NCBI GenBank assembly: GCA_002707835.1
Contig: PANZ01000010.1
Span: 31,526-95,525, forward strand
Direction: 5' to 3'
Source: Chloroflexota bacterium
GTDB taxonomy: Bacteria > Chloroflexota > Dehalococcoidia > UBA2979
Length of the DNA: 64,000 nucleotides
Below are positions 19,031-27,693 of the stretch, piece after piece. Position 1 is the stretch's first letter. Each line of letters starts with the position of its first letter. The notes beneath the pieces were generated by a model, which made no database searches, had not been told where the DNA came from, and saw nothing but the letters and a program-made list of their open reading frames with translations. The translations under genes were made by a program, and so were the position numbers.

Positions 19031-20026
19031 ATGACATTTTTTGCAAAAATTTCTGCAACCGGCGCGTACCTTCCAGAGAAGGTATTGACTAATTTTGATT
19101 TAGAGCAATTGGTTGAGACTAATGATGAATGGATCCGTGAAAGAACTGGTATTCATACGCGTCACATAGCTGCACCAAATGAAAGTTCAAGTTCATTAGG
19201 TATTCATGCTGCTACACGTGCACTTGATGCAGCTGGAGTAAATGGGAAAGAAATTGATTTGATTTTAGTAGGAACCTGTACTCCTGACGGGATGTTCCCT
19301 TCTGTTGCTAGTCATATTCAAAATGCCGTGGGTGCGATCAACGCTGGAGCATTTGATGTTAATGCAGCGTGTACTGGATATTTGTCAGCACTTTCGACTG
19401 CGACTCAATTTATTGAAAATGGATCGGTAAAAAAAGCTTTGGTTGTCGGAGCAGAAACTTTGTCTAGAATCGTTGATTGGTCTGATCGAACTACCTGTGT
19501 ATTGTTTGGTGATGGTGCGGGTGCCACTCTCCTAGAAGCTTCTTCAGAAGAGAATTTAGGTTCAATTCGATCTTTTGTTTTACGATCGGATGGCGGGCAG
19601 GCCGATGCCTTGTTTGCCGGTGGCCCTGGTGCACCTATGGATCATCCGATTAAAAAAGAAGCACATATTATGATGGATGGGCGCGCAGTATTCCGAGCAG
19701 CAGTTGAAGAAATGAGTAAAGCTTCATTAAATGCTATACATGATGCAGGGCTTTCATTAGATGATATTTCATTATTGGTGCCCCATCAGGCCAATGAAAG
19801 AATAATTCGTGCCCTTGCCAGAAATCTTAATTTTCCGATGGAAAAAGTTTTTATGAATGTTGAGAAATACGGTAATACTTCAAGTGCAACTATTCCAATT
19901 GCTTTGCACGAGGCCAATACTGCAGGTCTTATCAAACCAGGTGATTATGTTCTTATGACTGTGATTGGTGGTGGTTTAGCGTGGGGTGCAATGGTTGTTC
20001 AATGGAGTGATTATTGTGCTAGTTGA
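19031..20026 (+). CDS. fabH: 3-oxoacyl-ACP synthase III
   Basis: The N-terminus is GAYLPEKVLTN…TGIHTRH, and the catalytic Cys (AACTGY), His (PHQAN) and Asn (GNTSSAT) motifs are all present. Confidence 0.9.
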   Translation: MTFFAKISATGAYLPEKVLTNFDLEQLVETNDEWIRERTGIHTRHIAAPNESSSSLGIHAATRALDAAGVNGKEIDLILVGTCTPDGMFPSVASHIQNAVGAINAGAFDVNAACTGYLSALSTATQFIENGSVKKALVVGAETLSRIVDWSDRTTCVLFGDGAGATLLEASSEENLGSIRSFVLRSDGGQADALFAGGPGAPMDHPIKKEAHIMMDGRAVFRAAVEEMSKASLNAIHDAGLSLDDISLLVPHQANERIIRALARNLNFPMEKVFMNVEKYGNTSSATIPIALHEANTAGLIKPGDYVLMTVIGGGLAWGAMVVQWSDYCAS

Positions 20027-20050
20027 TCAAATTAATGGATAAAACTTTTT

Positions 20051-21262
20051 ATGACAAACTTAGTTGATACAGAGAGTGCCTTAAATCGTCGAGTTGTTAT
20101 TACAGGTTGTGGAGTTGTTTGCTCATTAGGTCGTACCTCATCAGAAGTATGGGAGGCAGTTGAAAATAATCTTTCAGGTGTTAAGTTGATTTCGCAGTTT
20201 GATACTTCAAAATATAAGACAAAAATTGCTGCAGAGATTGATGATATTGAATCCTTGGGGCATAGGTTCAAGCAAGAATACTGGGATGGATTAGATAAAA
20301 CTGCACAATTTGTCGTAAGTGCTGGACTGAGTGCCTTTGAAGATGCTTCATTAAATTTCACACCACAAAACTCTAGTGAAGTTGCCGTTGTCATTGCTTC
20401 ACAATGGCAAGAAAGAAATTCAACATATCAACCTGCAGAAACTTTAGCTGGTTTACTTGGAGTAACTGGGAAAGTATTACAAGTTAATCCTCATGCTGCA
20501 GGTGGAATTGTTGCTATTAGTGAAGCAGCTGAAATGATCAGGCGAGGGGATGCTTTAGTAGCATTAGCTGGCGGGGTAGAAAATCCAATTACCCCTGAGA
20601 CTCTTTCTTTTTATGAGGAAAGAGATGATTTATCAGTAAATAATGCTTCACCTACCAAAGCATCCCGGCCATTAGATTTAAATAGAGATGGTTTTGTTAT
20701 TGCTGAAGGTGCTGCAATTGTTGTGTTGGAAGATTTAGAAGTTGCACAAGTACGAGGTGCAAACATTCTTGCAGAATTAGAAGGTAGCAGTTATGTCTTT
20801 TCACCAGGAATGAGTGGTATCCCCAAAATATCAACTTCACAGATTGCGAAGTCAATCTTGTCAGCTGTTGATAAAAGTGGTCGGATTCGTTCAGAGATTG
20901 ATGTGGTGTATATGAATGCCTCCGGAAGCTTAGAAGAAGATGCTTTGGAAGCGAAAGGCATACAGAGTGTTTTTGGTGCAGCTACAAGGCATCATATGTA
21001 CACTCCTGCACTTAAAGGACATACGGGTAACATGTTTAGCGCTTCAGGGCCATTAGGAGTTATTGTATTAACTGAAGCAATGCAAAGAGGGAAAATACCA
21101 TCAACTTTAAATCTTGTTGATGATGATCCGGAGATTGATTTGGATGCTAATAAAATTTCTGTGAAAGACGATATAATTTCTGTGTGTATAGTAAATGCAA
21201 TAGGTGGACCTAATAATGCAACATTAGTTATTTCTCATCCGAGAGTAATGCGAGATTTTTGA
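20051..21262 (+). CDS. KAS I/II (FabF)-family ketosynthase-like protein lacking the Cys-His-His catalytic triad
   Basis: The thiolase fold is present with VVITGCGVV at the N-terminus, but the three catalytic positions are substituted when aligned to FabF. The TAC(T/S)SG site reads HAAGGIVAISEAA, NAHGTST reads NASGSLEE, and KSMTGHLLGAAG reads KGHTGNMFSASG. Compare the intact fabF at 47220..48479. Confidence 0.8.
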   Translation: MTNLVDTESALNRRVVITGCGVVCSLGRTSSEVWEAVENNLSGVKLISQFDTSKYKTKIAAEIDDIESLGHRFKQEYWDGLDKTAQFVVSAGLSAFEDASLNFTPQNSSEVAVVIASQWQERNSTYQPAETLAGLLGVTGKVLQVNPHAAGGIVAISEAAEMIRRGDALVALAGGVENPITPETLSFYEERDDLSVNNASPTKASRPLDLNRDGFVIAEGAAIVVLEDLEVAQVRGANILAELEGSSYVFSPGMSGIPKISTSQIAKSILSAVDKSGRIRSEIDVVYMNASGSLEEDALEAKGIQSVFGAATRHHMYTPALKGHTGNMFSASGPLGVIVLTEAMQRGKIPSTLNLVDDDPEIDLDANKISVKDDIISVCIVNAIGGPNNATLVISHPRVMRDF

Positions 21263-21280
21263 TTGTGTTTTAAATAAAGT

Positions 21281-21928
21281 TTGGAGTTGGCTTTGGATAT
21301 TACTTGGCTAGGTTATTCAGCTATGCGGTTACGAACTCGTAATGCGACTGTAGTTATAGATCCTACAGATAAATCTTCTGGAGTTGATATGGCACGTCCG
21401 ACAGGGGATATAGTTCTTATTAGTCGTGATCATATACACCATAATTTTGTAAGTGGAGTCAAAGGTACACCATTTGTTATTGATGGCCCTGGTGAATATG
21501 AAGTTGGAGGAGTACAAATTCAAGGTGTTCGTTCTCGATGGTCTGTATCGCAAGAAGATGTTTTTGAACCAACTACATTTTATATATTGCAAGCGGAAGA
21601 TATGAAAGTTGTCTATTTGGGGGGGTTGAATGAAATCCCAGATCCTAAGCAAATTCAAGTTTGTTCGAATGCAGATATTGTGATTGTCCCCATTGAAGTC
21701 CCTGAGGGTCTAAGTCCTCAAGATATGGCACGACTTGTAAGATCTCTTGAACCTAGAATGGTAATTCCTACTGCTTATCAGGTTGAGGAAAAGAAGAAAG
21801 AAGATGCATTGAATTCTTTTATTAATGAAATGGGAGTAGAAGTTGAAGATGCAGTACAGCGTTTGAGTTTGCAACGTCGCAGTATTGGTGATAAAACGCG
21901 GATTGTTTTATTGAACTCGAGGGGATAA
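21281..21928 (+). CDS. MBL-fold metal-dependent hydrolase (UPF0173-like)
   Basis: The N-terminus is LDITWLGYSAMRL…VVIDP…DHIHHNF. It probably uses a TTG start. Confidence 0.6.
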   Translation: MELALDITWLGYSAMRLRTRNATVVIDPTDKSSGVDMARPTGDIVLISRDHIHHNFVSGVKGTPFVIDGPGEYEVGGVQIQGVRSRWSVSQEDVFEPTTFYILQAEDMKVVYLGGLNEIPDPKQIQVCSNADIVIVPIEVPEGLSPQDMARLVRSLEPRMVIPTAYQVEEKKKEDALNSFINEMGVEVEDAVQRLSLQRRSIGDKTRIVLLNSRG

Positions 21929-21933
21929 TTCCC

Positions 21934-23010
21934 TTATTGATTTAAGAAGGCAAGAGGATCTATAACTTGGTTATTATGACGTATTTCAAAATGAAGATGT
22001 GGTCCTGTGGATCGACCAGTATTGCCTGAATAACCGATCACTTCACCTTGCTCTACCCAAGCCCCGCTTTGTATTCGTTCAGGCCAACTACTTAGGTGTG
22101 CATAATATGACTCGTAACCATCGCCATGATCTATGATTACATAATACCCGTAAGAAACCCAAGGATCTCCACCGACAAATTGTACGACACCTGGTTTAGT
22201 CGCAACGATAGGAGTGTTTTGAAGCAATCCAATGTCCATACCTAATGGATGCCATGCGCTAAAATAAGAAGTGATTGGGCCCATAGCAGGCCAAAACCAA
22301 AGGCCACTTTGCTCTGGTATTACTCCAGGGACAGGTCTAATAGTTGAGGCTGGTGTTATTTTTCTACCTCCAGGCACAAAAATCATTGTGTCTCGTAATA
22401 ATGAGTCAGGATCTGATAGTTTGTTGGCAGGGAAAGTCAGGATACCTTCAACTGTTGCATCGTACCTTTGAGCTATCTCGGAAACAGTATCATCAGAGCG
22501 AACGGCGTGAATGATACCTTCCACCCAAGGGACAAGAAGTTTGTCACCTGGTGTTAATTCATCTGGATCGTGTACGTGTATGTTATTCCATACAATATAT
22601 TCACTTCCTATATTTTGTTTTTGTGCTATTGAACTGATAGTATCTCCGTCTTTAACTGAATAATTCAGATACATTGCTATACGTGAATCAGGAGGTTTGG
22701 CGATTTCATTAGGAGATATCTCGTTTTGAGAGGATAGTGCTTGTTCATTATGACTATGACTATGATTAATTGAAGCATTGTCATTACTTAGGGGGTTGAT
22801 TTCTAAATTCATTGTGATATCAGAAGTTTTGTTGATGGTGCTTATGGATGCAGGGGCACTACTTATTACACTTGTGAATCCAAGTGGATTCACAAGTATT
22901 GAAGGTGAATTAATGTTGCTGGGGCTCATAATTGGGAATATTCCACTAATTGCTAAAAAAATTAGAAAAAAGGTCATTATCGAAGCATGGATAACTAAAA
23001 AATTAGACAA
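21934..23010 (-). CDS. LysM-domain M23-family peptidase (cell-wall hydrolase)
   Basis: Two LysM repeats are present (DGDTISSIAQKQNIG; SDDTVSEIAQRYDATV), and the C-terminal M23 motifs are IIDHGDGYESYYAHL and GYSGNTGRSTGPHLHFEIR. There is an N-terminal signal/TM segment. The start is uncertain: the track uses TTG at 23010, with an in-frame ATG 11 codons downstream. Confidence 0.8.
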   Translation of the reverse strand: MSNFLVIHASIMTFFLIFLAISGIFPIMSPSNINSPSILVNPLGFTSVISSAPASISTINKTSDITMNLEINPLSNDNASINHSHSHNEQALSSQNEISPNEIAKPPDSRIAMYLNYSVKDGDTISSIAQKQNIGSEYIVWNNIHVHDPDELTPGDKLLVPWVEGIIHAVRSDDTVSEIAQRYDATVEGILTFPANKLSDPDSLLRDTMIFVPGGRKITPASTIRPVPGVIPEQSGLWFWPAMGPITSYFSAWHPLGMDIGLLQNTPIVATKPGVVQFVGGDPWVSYGYYVIIDHGDGYESYYAHLSSWPERIQSGAWVEQGEVIGYSGNTGRSTGPHLHFEIRHNNQVIDPLAFLNQ

Positions 23011-23039
23011 GCTATTATTTGCGACAGAATAATTAGACT

Positions 23040-23125
23040 GCCGTTGTTTTTCCCAAGGCGAAAAAGGATTTCTCGGTTGAATTGTTCCTCGGATTGTGCA
23101 CCCCGCTGTCAGAATCCTAAGTAAT
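23040..23125 (-). promoter_or_regulatory. GC-rich structured-looking 5' leader of the LysM/M23 peptidase gene (candidate riboswitch or cis-regulatory RNA; may also serve as the rho terminator)
   Basis: This is a locally GC-rich segment in an AT-rich intergenic region, with complementary GGAUU/AAUCC and CCGAG blocks when read on the minus strand. c-di-AMP (ydaO-type) riboswitches are frequently found upstream of LysM/M23/NlpC-P60 hydrolase genes. Confidence 0.2.
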
Positions 23126-23246
23126 AAAATGCTTTATGATCATACGATGCAAAGAATGAAAAAAACAGCAAAATTCTTTTGTGCGTAGACATGGATTATA
23201 TATGTGTGGATAGTTTAATTTTATTAGGTTAATTGGTTTGGGAAAA

Positions 23247-24704
23247 TTAATCTTGAATTTGTGCTTGTGCCATTGATTTCATTGAAGCTAAAAATTCTTC
23301 ATTGGATGCTGTTTTTGGAAGTTGGTTAATCATTATTTCTGCCATACTTCCTCCATCACCTTCTATCCAAGCAGCCATTCGCCGCATCAGCCAGACCTGT
23401 TGTAATTCCTCTTCTTCATAAAGTAAGTCGTCTCTTCGTGTGCTTGATCCTACGACATCGATAGCTGGGTACATTCTTTTTTCTGCTAGCTTTCGAACAA
23501 GGCGTAATTCCATATTTCCAGTTCCTTTGAACTCTTCAAAGATCACGTCATCCATACGGGAGCCAGTTTCTATTAAGCAGGTTGCGATAATGGTTAGAGA
23601 GCCACCCTCTTCAATATTTCGTGCTGCTCCAAAAAATCTTTTTGATGGATAAAGAGCTATTGGATCGACACCCCCTGAGAGAGTTCGTCCACTGGTAGGC
23701 ATTGCAGTGTTATATGCGCGTGTTAATCTAGTGATAGAGTCCATTAATATTACAACATCGGTACCGCCTTCAACTAAACGTTTTGCACGTTCAAGGGCAG
23801 CTTCAGTTACTCGAGTATGATCTTCAGCAGGATCATCAAAAGTAGATGCAATTACCTCTCCAGTAACGGATCTTTTCATATCTGTTACTTCCTCGGGTCT
23901 TTCACCTATAAGAAGTATCATGAGATGAATATCTGGATAGTTATTCGTAATTCCATGTGCTATCGATTTAAGAAGTAGTGTTTTACCAGCCTTAGGCGGT
24001 GAAACAATTAGCCCTCGTTGTCCACGACCAATAGGAGAAACAAGGTCAACCATTCTTTGGCTTAATTCTTCTTCTATTACAAATGTTCCCTCTTTTTGCG
24101 TGTTTGGCGTACCTGAGCCAAATAAGCGTAACATTTCATTGGGGAAAACCGCTGTTAAAGAATCGAATTCTGCTCTACGTTTAGCAGCTTCTGGGTCAAG
24201 GCCGTTAACTGTTTCTACTCTCCGAAGTCCATAATATTTTTCAGAATCTTTGGGTTGACGTACCTGTCCACTTACATAGTCGCCAGAACGTAGTCCGAAC
24301 CTACGAACCTGTGATTGAGAAACATAAACATCATTCGGCCCAGGTCGTAGTCGTTCACCTCTTAGGAACCCAAAACCGTCATCAACAACATTGAGTATTC
24401 CTCCTGAAAAAATGCTTCCATTTTTAAGAGCTTGTTTTTGTAATATTCGATAAATCAACTCTTGCCGAGGAAGCCCATCAGCATTTTCTACCTCGAAATC
24501 ATTTGCGACATCTATGAGCTCATCTCGCGGCGTCGCATCAAGTTCAGAGATATTTACCGAAGGAACATCAGGATCTGTTGGAGGCAGTTGCTCTTCTTCA
24601 CGATCCCAATCTCTAGGTGGGCGTGTTGGTCTGCCTCGACGTCTTCGTCGTCCATCGGGTCGTTGTTCCGTAGGGGTTTCACGCCCACGCTGAGTACTTG
24701 TCAT
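23247..24704 (-). CDS. rho: Transcription termination factor Rho with an Arg-rich N-terminal extension
   Basis: Walker A reads [11 protein letters not shown], and the RNA-binding and ATPase domains are present. The N-terminus is low-complexity (…[24 protein letters not shown]…). The ATG at 24704 (MTSTQRG) is preferred over the GTG at 24740 used by the ORF track. Confidence 0.9.
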   Translation of the reverse strand: MTSTQRGRETPTEQRPDGRRRRRGRPTRPPRDWDREEEQLPPTDPDVPSVNISELDATPRDELIDVANDFEVENADGLPRQELIYRILQKQALKNGSIFSGGILNVVDDGFGFLRGERLRPGPNDVYVSQSQVRRFGLRSGDYVSGQVRQPKDSEKYYGLRRVETVNGLDPEAAKRRAEFDSLTAVFPNEMLRLFGSGTPNTQKEGTFVIEEELSQRMVDLVSPIGRGQRGLIVSPPKAGKTLLLKSIAHGITNNYPDIHLMILLIGERPEEVTDMKRSVTGEVIASTFDDPAEDHTRVTEAALERAKRLVEGGTDVVILMDSITRLTRAYNTAMPTSGRTLSGGVDPIALYPSKRFFGAARNIEEGGSLTIIATCLIETGSRMDDVIFEEFKGTGNMELRLVRKLAEKRMYPAIDVVGSSTRRDDLLYEEEELQQVWLMRRMAAWIEGDGGSMAEIMINQLPKTASNEEFLASMKSMAQAQIQD

Positions 24705-24818
24705 ACGTACCTTTATGAATATTTTTATGAGAACTGTCACCGGTTAGCAACGGCGTAATTCTAACTAGGGTTTTGTAATTCTTCAAGTATTATTACAAAT
24801 ATTCTTAATTTTTTTCTA

Positions 24819-25466
24819 TTACACTGGTGAATATTTTTTAGCATCGGCCAAAAATAAATCAATTCCTTTATCTGTTAGAGGGTGATTTATCATGTTAAAC
24901 AGAACATTTGGAGGTATTGTTGCGATATGAGATCCTGATAATGCAGCATCAATTACATCTCTGGGATTACGGATGCTGGCAGTTAATACTTCAGTCTCTA
25001 ATTCAGATTGGTTGAAGATATCTGCAATTTCTCGGATTACCTCCATTCCATCATGGCCTGCATCGTTTAATCGACCTATAAAAGGTGATACATAAGTTGA
25101 ACCTGCTTTTGCAGCTAATAGTGCTTGGTTTGGTGAAAAAATTAAGGTTGTATTTACTTTGATTCCTTCTGATGTTATTTGGTTAGTTGCAGCTAGTCCT
25201 GCTTCGGTAAATGGAATTTTCACAACAATATTTTCATGCCATTCTGCAATTCTGAATGCTTCGGCGATTAATTCCTCTGTAGTTTCTGAGATACATTCTG
25301 CTGAAATAGGCCCATCAACTATTTTTGCAATTTCAAGGACACGTTCCTTATATTCAACGCCTTCTTTAGCTAAAAGTGATGGATTAGTGGTGATGCCATC
25401 TAGTACTCCCATTGCAGCACCACGCTTGATGTCTTCGATGTTGGCAGTGTCCAAAAAAATTTTCAT
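24819..25466 (-). CDS. tal: Transaldolase (short type, Fsa/TalC-like)
   Basis: The N-terminus is MKIFLDTANIEDIK…GITTNPSL. Length is 215 aa. Confidence 0.85.
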   Translation of the reverse strand: MKIFLDTANIEDIKRGAAMGVLDGITTNPSLLAKEGVEYKERVLEIAKIVDGPISAECISETTEELIAEAFRIAEWHENIVVKIPFTEAGLAATNQITSEGIKVNTTLIFSPNQALLAAKAGSTYVSPFIGRLNDAGHDGMEVIREIADIFNQSELETEVLTASIRNPRDVIDAALSGSHIATIPPNVLFNMINHPLTDKGIDLFLADAKKYSPV

Positions 25467-25477
25467 GCGTCTCCTAA

Positions 25478-25945
25478 CTAAAAGGGTTTAAAAATTGGAA
25501 TTACGGTAACTAATAATGTGCTAATAATAATCAATGTACCAAATACAAGTGGTGCATTGTCAGCTAGGGCGTCGTCTAATTCAGGTGTTGGAGTTCCTTT
25601 TTTATCTGCTTGAAGTGCTAGGTAGTGGACTTTTCGTAATCCAATCCCAAACAGAGGCAAAAGTATGAAAATTTGTATAATCCAAATCAATCCAGTCGCT
25701 AATAGCCAGCCAGAAGTTATAACATTTACGCCATCTATTCCTGCATATAAATATCCGGTAAGGCCAGATGCTATTACTCCAGGCAATAACCAGTATGAGT
25801 AATTTTTGCTAGATGTCGATAGAGTGATAGATCGAAGTTTTAGATTATCTTGAGCCCATGCCCCATAGATTGGAATTATCGTGTTTCCGATTCCTGCTAT
25901 CATCCAGAAGATGGCTAAAAAATGTATTAATCGTATGAAGCTCAA
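25478..25945 (-). CDS. Hypothetical integral membrane protein
   Basis: It is predicted to have four TM helices, and I recognise no motifs. Confidence 0.4.
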   Translation of the reverse strand: MSFIRLIHFLAIFWMIAGIGNTIIPIYGAWAQDNLKLRSITLSTSSKNYSYWLLPGVIASGLTGYLYAGIDGVNVITSGWLLATGLIWIIQIFILLPLFGIGLRKVHYLALQADKKGTPTPELDDALADNAPLVFGTLIIISTLLVTVIPIFKPF

Positions 25946-25952
25946 AGTATTC

Positions 25953-27617
25953 TCAATAATTTTTCGATTTGGGGCTTGTTTGTTTTGTATCTAACTTTTT
26001 AGAATCAGAGTTACTATTCTTTTGGTATTTTATCGCAGCATCTACAAATCCAAGAAATAGTGGATTAGGATGATTTGGCCTACTTGTAAATTCAGGATGA
26101 AATTGTGCTGCGACCATCCAAGGGTGGTCCTTTAATTCTACTATTTCTACTAATTTACCATCTTCTAACCACCCAGAAACAATCAATCCATGTTGTTCAA
26201 GTTGTGGAAGGAAAGTGTTATTTACTTCATAGCGATGTCGATGTCTTTCGCGAATTAACTTCTTGGAGTAGGCTTTTGCAGCTTTGGTATTAGATACTAT
26301 CCTGCAATTATATCCACCTAAACGCATGGTCCCACCCATATCATGAATGCCTTGCTGTTCAGATAATAAAGAAATAACAGGGAACGGTGTTTTTGCATCT
26401 GCTTCTGTAGTGTTAGCTTCCGGCATACCTGCAACATTACGTGCGAATTCAATTACTAGCATTTGCAACCCAAGACAATCCCCAAGGTAAGGTATTAAAT
26501 TTTCTCGGGCATAACGTACGGCTTCAATTTTTCCCTCTAAGCCACGGTCACCAAAACCTGGGCACAGAAGGATGCCATCTACTTGTCCAATGAGATTATC
26601 GGCACTGTCATTTTCCAACTCTTCCGAATGGATCCACTTAAGATTAAGTGCGATACCTTGATGGACCGCTGCATGGACGAGTGCTTCCTTAATAGATAAG
26701 TAAGCGTCATGTAATTCAACATATTTACCAACAATGGCTACTTCTATTTCACTTGACGGATTATTAAGACGCTCGACAAAAGCACGCCAAACATTCAGGT
26801 CAGGTGTTTTTTCGTTAACATTCAGATGTTTTGAAACTATTTTTCCTAGTCCTAAATTTTCTAGAATTAAAGGAACTTCATATATTGAATCAGCTGTTTG
26901 TAGTGGTATTACAGCATTGCGTTGGACGTTACAAAACAATGACATTTTTTCTCGCAACGCTTCGGGTACAGCCTGATCTGCTCTAGCTACAATTACATTA
27001 GGTTGAATTCCAAATGATCTTAATTCACGTACAGAGTGCTGTGTGGGTTTAGTTTTGATTTCATCTGTTGAACCAATTCGCGGAAGAAGTGTAACGTGAA
27101 TAGAAAGTGTATCATTTGGGTTACCTTCATAGCGCATTTGACTAATTGCCTCTAGGAATGGCTGGCTTTCCATATCACCTACAGTTCCACCTACTTCTAC
27201 CAGAATAATTTCTGCCTGAGAAGATAAACCTGCATTTCGAATGCGTCGTTTAATTTCATTTGTTACATGAGGAATTGCTTGAATTGTTCCACCAAGGTAA
27301 TCACCACGTCGCTCTTTGCGAATAACCTCTTCATACACTTGACCGCTTGAAGAAGAATTTGCTTGAGTTAGGTCTTGATCTAAGAATCTCTCGTAATGCC
27401 CTAAGTCGAGGTCTGTTTCTGCGCCATCATCGGTTACAAAAACCTCACCATGTTGATAGGGTGACATAGTCCCAGGATCGACATTTATGTAGGGATCTAA
27501 TTTAAGTATCGAAACTTCGAGGCCCCGAGATTTAAGAATACGAGCTAAAGAGGCGCTAACTATGCCCTTACCAACAGAGCTTACAACGCCTCCTGTGATG
27601 AAGACATACTTTGCCAT
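25953..27617 (-). CDS. pyrG: CTP synthase
   Basis: The N-terminus is KYVFITGGVVSSVGKG, and the C-terminal glutamine amidotransferase domain has GxCLG…H…E. An AAGGAG Shine-Dalgarno sequence is present. Confidence 0.95.
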   Translation of the reverse strand: MAKYVFITGGVVSSVGKGIVSASLARILKSRGLEVSILKLDPYINVDPGTMSPYQHGEVFVTDDGAETDLDLGHYERFLDQDLTQANSSSSGQVYEEVIRKERRGDYLGGTIQAIPHVTNEIKRRIRNAGLSSQAEIILVEVGGTVGDMESQPFLEAISQMRYEGNPNDTLSIHVTLLPRIGSTDEIKTKPTQHSVRELRSFGIQPNVIVARADQAVPEALREKMSLFCNVQRNAVIPLQTADSIYEVPLILENLGLGKIVSKHLNVNEKTPDLNVWRAFVERLNNPSSEIEVAIVGKYVELHDAYLSIKEALVHAAVHQGIALNLKWIHSEELENDSADNLIGQVDGILLCPGFGDRGLEGKIEAVRYARENLIPYLGDCLGLQMLVIEFARNVAGMPEANTTEADAKTPFPVISLLSEQQGIHDMGGTMRLGGYNCRIVSNTKAAKAYSKKLIRERHRHRYEVNNTFLPQLEQHGLIVSGWLEDGKLVEIVELKDHPWMVAAQFHPEFTSRPNHPNPLFLGFVDAAIKYQKNSNSDSKKLDTKQTSPKSKNY

Positions 27618-27693
27618 TGATCTCCTTGAAATCTGAGGAGCAAGTTATTTATTGACAGTCTACGCATCTGCGAACCACATGTCGAACAATTAC

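Noticed and set aside
23040-23125. Considered whether the GC-rich intergenic segment is a tRNA.
   Set aside because: It has no T-loop GTTCGA/TTCGAAT-like box and no acceptor-stem complementarity at the ends. I have kept it as a candidate leader RNA or terminator instead.
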